DNA of 64,000 nt, from positions 18,140,303-18,204,302 of the forward strand of contig CM082577.2 of assembly GCA_040954595.2 (NCBI GenBank), given 5' to 3'. Shown in pieces: positions 62,220 to 64,000 of the stretch. The notes under the pieces were generated by a model. It ran no database searches. It saw only the letters and a program-made list of their open reading frames with translations, and was not told where the DNA came from. The stretch is from Balanoglossus misakiensis (Eukaryota > Animalia > Hemichordata). Numbering within the stretch: the stretch's first letter is position 1; each line of letters starts with the position of its first letter. The position numbers and the translations under genes are program-made.

Positions 62220-64000
62220 ATGTTTTAAGTAGAATCTAACGGTAGATGGGAGTATCTCAGGCAATTGAGCTCGTTCCTATCCACACGTACTTTCGTTACT
62301 GGGCGCATTTGTTGTACTGTAATAATTCTCGGCAATAAATGAACGTGGATCACTGTTCTCGTCAGAGCCAGTGTCCTCGTCGCCGCGATTTGCCCATGCA
62401 TGAATAACAAGAATCTTCAAGCAATAACAACACAAAATTTGTACAATTTGTCTTGGGCAGTGGAAAGATTAGCGCACGGCATTGCCCGACGCGTACGCGG
62501 TGCTAATTTCCTCGTGCGTACGTTACGGTATAACCTGTTACGTCATCAACACTCAAGGAATCACATGAGACTGCACTGCGCATGTGCTGCGAGATTTTGT
62601 AGACGTAACACGTAGTGTTCGTCTACTCTCTGAACAATAGTTTATTGTTTTCAGTGTAGCTTCGCTGAAGCTTCGTCTGTTGACGTGGTCAACAACTATG
62701 GCGTCGAAGTCTAAGGCTAAAGACAGTATTTCTAAAGGCTTGAGTGGTGCAACCACTACTGAGAAAGCTAAACGACGCAAAATTGATACTGATAGTGATA
62801 AAGTGAGTGTCGCTGACGCTCCACAGGCATCCACGAGTTCCGGTGCCAGTGCAAGTGGACTCGCGTGTAGTGCAGCTGGTCAAGAACAAACCACCGACAT
62901 GGCGGCCATATTGAATTTATTGACGGCGGTAAACGATGGTCAAGGTAAGCTTACAGCCCGAATGGATAAACTCGAAGCCGAATGTTACTACGAGGGTAGT
63001 GACATGGAAGGAATTAAAAATTCGGCAGATGAGACTTGTTCTCTTGAACGTCACATTCCGGACGCGTCCGAAGTTACAGTAAATGACGACACTGCAAGTG
63101 CTGGTCACACGGAAAAGACAAGTGTCTTCAAGGACATTGCAAATAAGTTTCTTGTAAAGGAACAATGTGACGAGCCAATTGATGATGATTTCGCAGAAAT
63201 GATAAATGCGCTGTTTCGAGATGGCATTTCTGACGAGAAATATAATGACCTGGCCAAGAAATTCAATCGTCCATCAAATTGTCAAGGGCTGTCTAGTGTG
63301 AGAGTCAATCAGTTGATATGGGACATCATTCGCCCTGAAACTAGAAGTTTGGACACTAAATTCCAAGCTCTGCAGACATCACTGGTTAAGGGTGCAGTTT
63401 GTGTGACGAAAATGGTTAGTGCACTAGCCAAGTATAAAGAACGTCCATCGGACATTGACAATGCCGAGTTACAGAATTTATTAGACATTGGCACTGATTC
63501 GTTGGCATTGTTCGGCAATACCAATCGTCTTATCAACCTTCGCAGAATGGATTGTATGAAGGCCGACCTAAAGCACGATTACCTACATTTATGCTCGTCA
63601 ACAGTGCCTTATTCTGAGCTTTTGTTCGGTGATGATATCACCAAAAGAGTGAAGGACATCCAAGAAGTTAATAAGGCTGGTAACCAAATTGGTTCTTGGC
63701 AACAGCGAGGTACCTCTTACCGTGGTAGATATAGAGGGCGTGGCTTTCGATACAGAGGAAGAGGTCGTGCCAATTTTAGAGGCCAGAATGTGTCAAAAAA
63801 CTACTCACAAGGCCAGAGATACCAGGCAAAGCATCAGAAATAATGGATGATAGAAGTGCACCTTCTTCATTACCAGTAAGTACTTGTACTTCTGCAATGC
63901 AACCCATTTTTCAAGCAGGCAGACTGTAATATTTTGAACAACAATGGCGAAATCTTACTAATGACGAAAGAATTATTGATATTGCACTTCATGCACATAT
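62220..64000 (+). mobile_element. DIRS/PAT-like tyrosine-recombinase retrotransposon, 5' part (runs off the window)
   Basis: Long open gag followed by the RT-ORF start motif FQAGRL..F...W..LT.D..I at ~63905. The left boundary is approximate. Confidence 0.75.
62698..63843 (+). CDS. DIRS-type gag-like ORF1 (381 aa, open)
   Basis: RPSNC..L....VNQLIW, D.KFQALQ, RR...K..L...Y..LC, LFGDD...VKDI and an RG-rich tail, as seen in DIRS gag proteins. Confidence 0.8.
   Translation: MASKSKAKDSISKGLSGATTTEKAKRRKIDTDSDKVSVADAPQASTSSGASASGLACSAAGQEQTTDMAAILNLLTAVNDGQGKLTARMDKLEAECYYEGSDMEGIKNSADETCSLERHIPDASEVTVNDDTASAGHTEKTSVFKDIANKFLVKEQCDEPIDDDFAEMINALFRDGISDEKYNDLAKKFNRPSNCQGLSSVRVNQLIWDIIRPETRSLDTKFQALQTSLVKGAVCVTKMVSALAKYKERPSDIDNAELQNLLDIGTDSLALFGNTNRLINLRRMDCMKADLKHDYLHLCSSTVPYSELLFGDDITKRVKDIQEVNKAGNQIGSWQQRGTSYRGRYRGRGFRYRGRGRANFRGQNVSKNYSQGQRYQAKHQK

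Overview
This is eukaryotic, AT-rich, repeat-dense genomic DNA. The mix of Helentron-type non-autonomous elements, Tx1/L1, CR1/L2-group LINEs, Penelope, Ngaro/DIRS, Gypsy and Copia suggests a marine invertebrate; that assignment is inference only. I found no prokaryotic operon, rRNA, tRNA or true CRISPR array. The window has five blocks. (1) 2.1-14.8 kb: a Russian-doll nest of Helentron-associated (HINE-like) elements, with six 5' heads followed by eight stacked 3' hairpins, interrupted by an element with ~750-bp inverted arms enclosing a LINE fragment. (2) 14.8-36.7 kb: mostly unique non-coding DNA with MITEs, HINEs, microsatellites, a hammerhead-like motif and a possible exon. (3) 37.4-48.8 kb: a Ngaro-type tyrosine-recombinase retrotransposon split by a Gypsy element whose integrase ends in a PHD finger; that Gypsy in turn holds a second Gypsy, a Copia remnant, a HINE and a MITE. 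(4) 51.8-59.7 kb: a full-length Tx1/L1-clade LINE with a 20-bp TSD and three nested insertions, each with its own TSD. (5) 60.5-64 kb: a 120-bp tandem repeat, a candidate two-TM host gene or exon, and the start of a DIRS-type element with an open gag. All calls come from reading the sequence by eye; no database searches were run.
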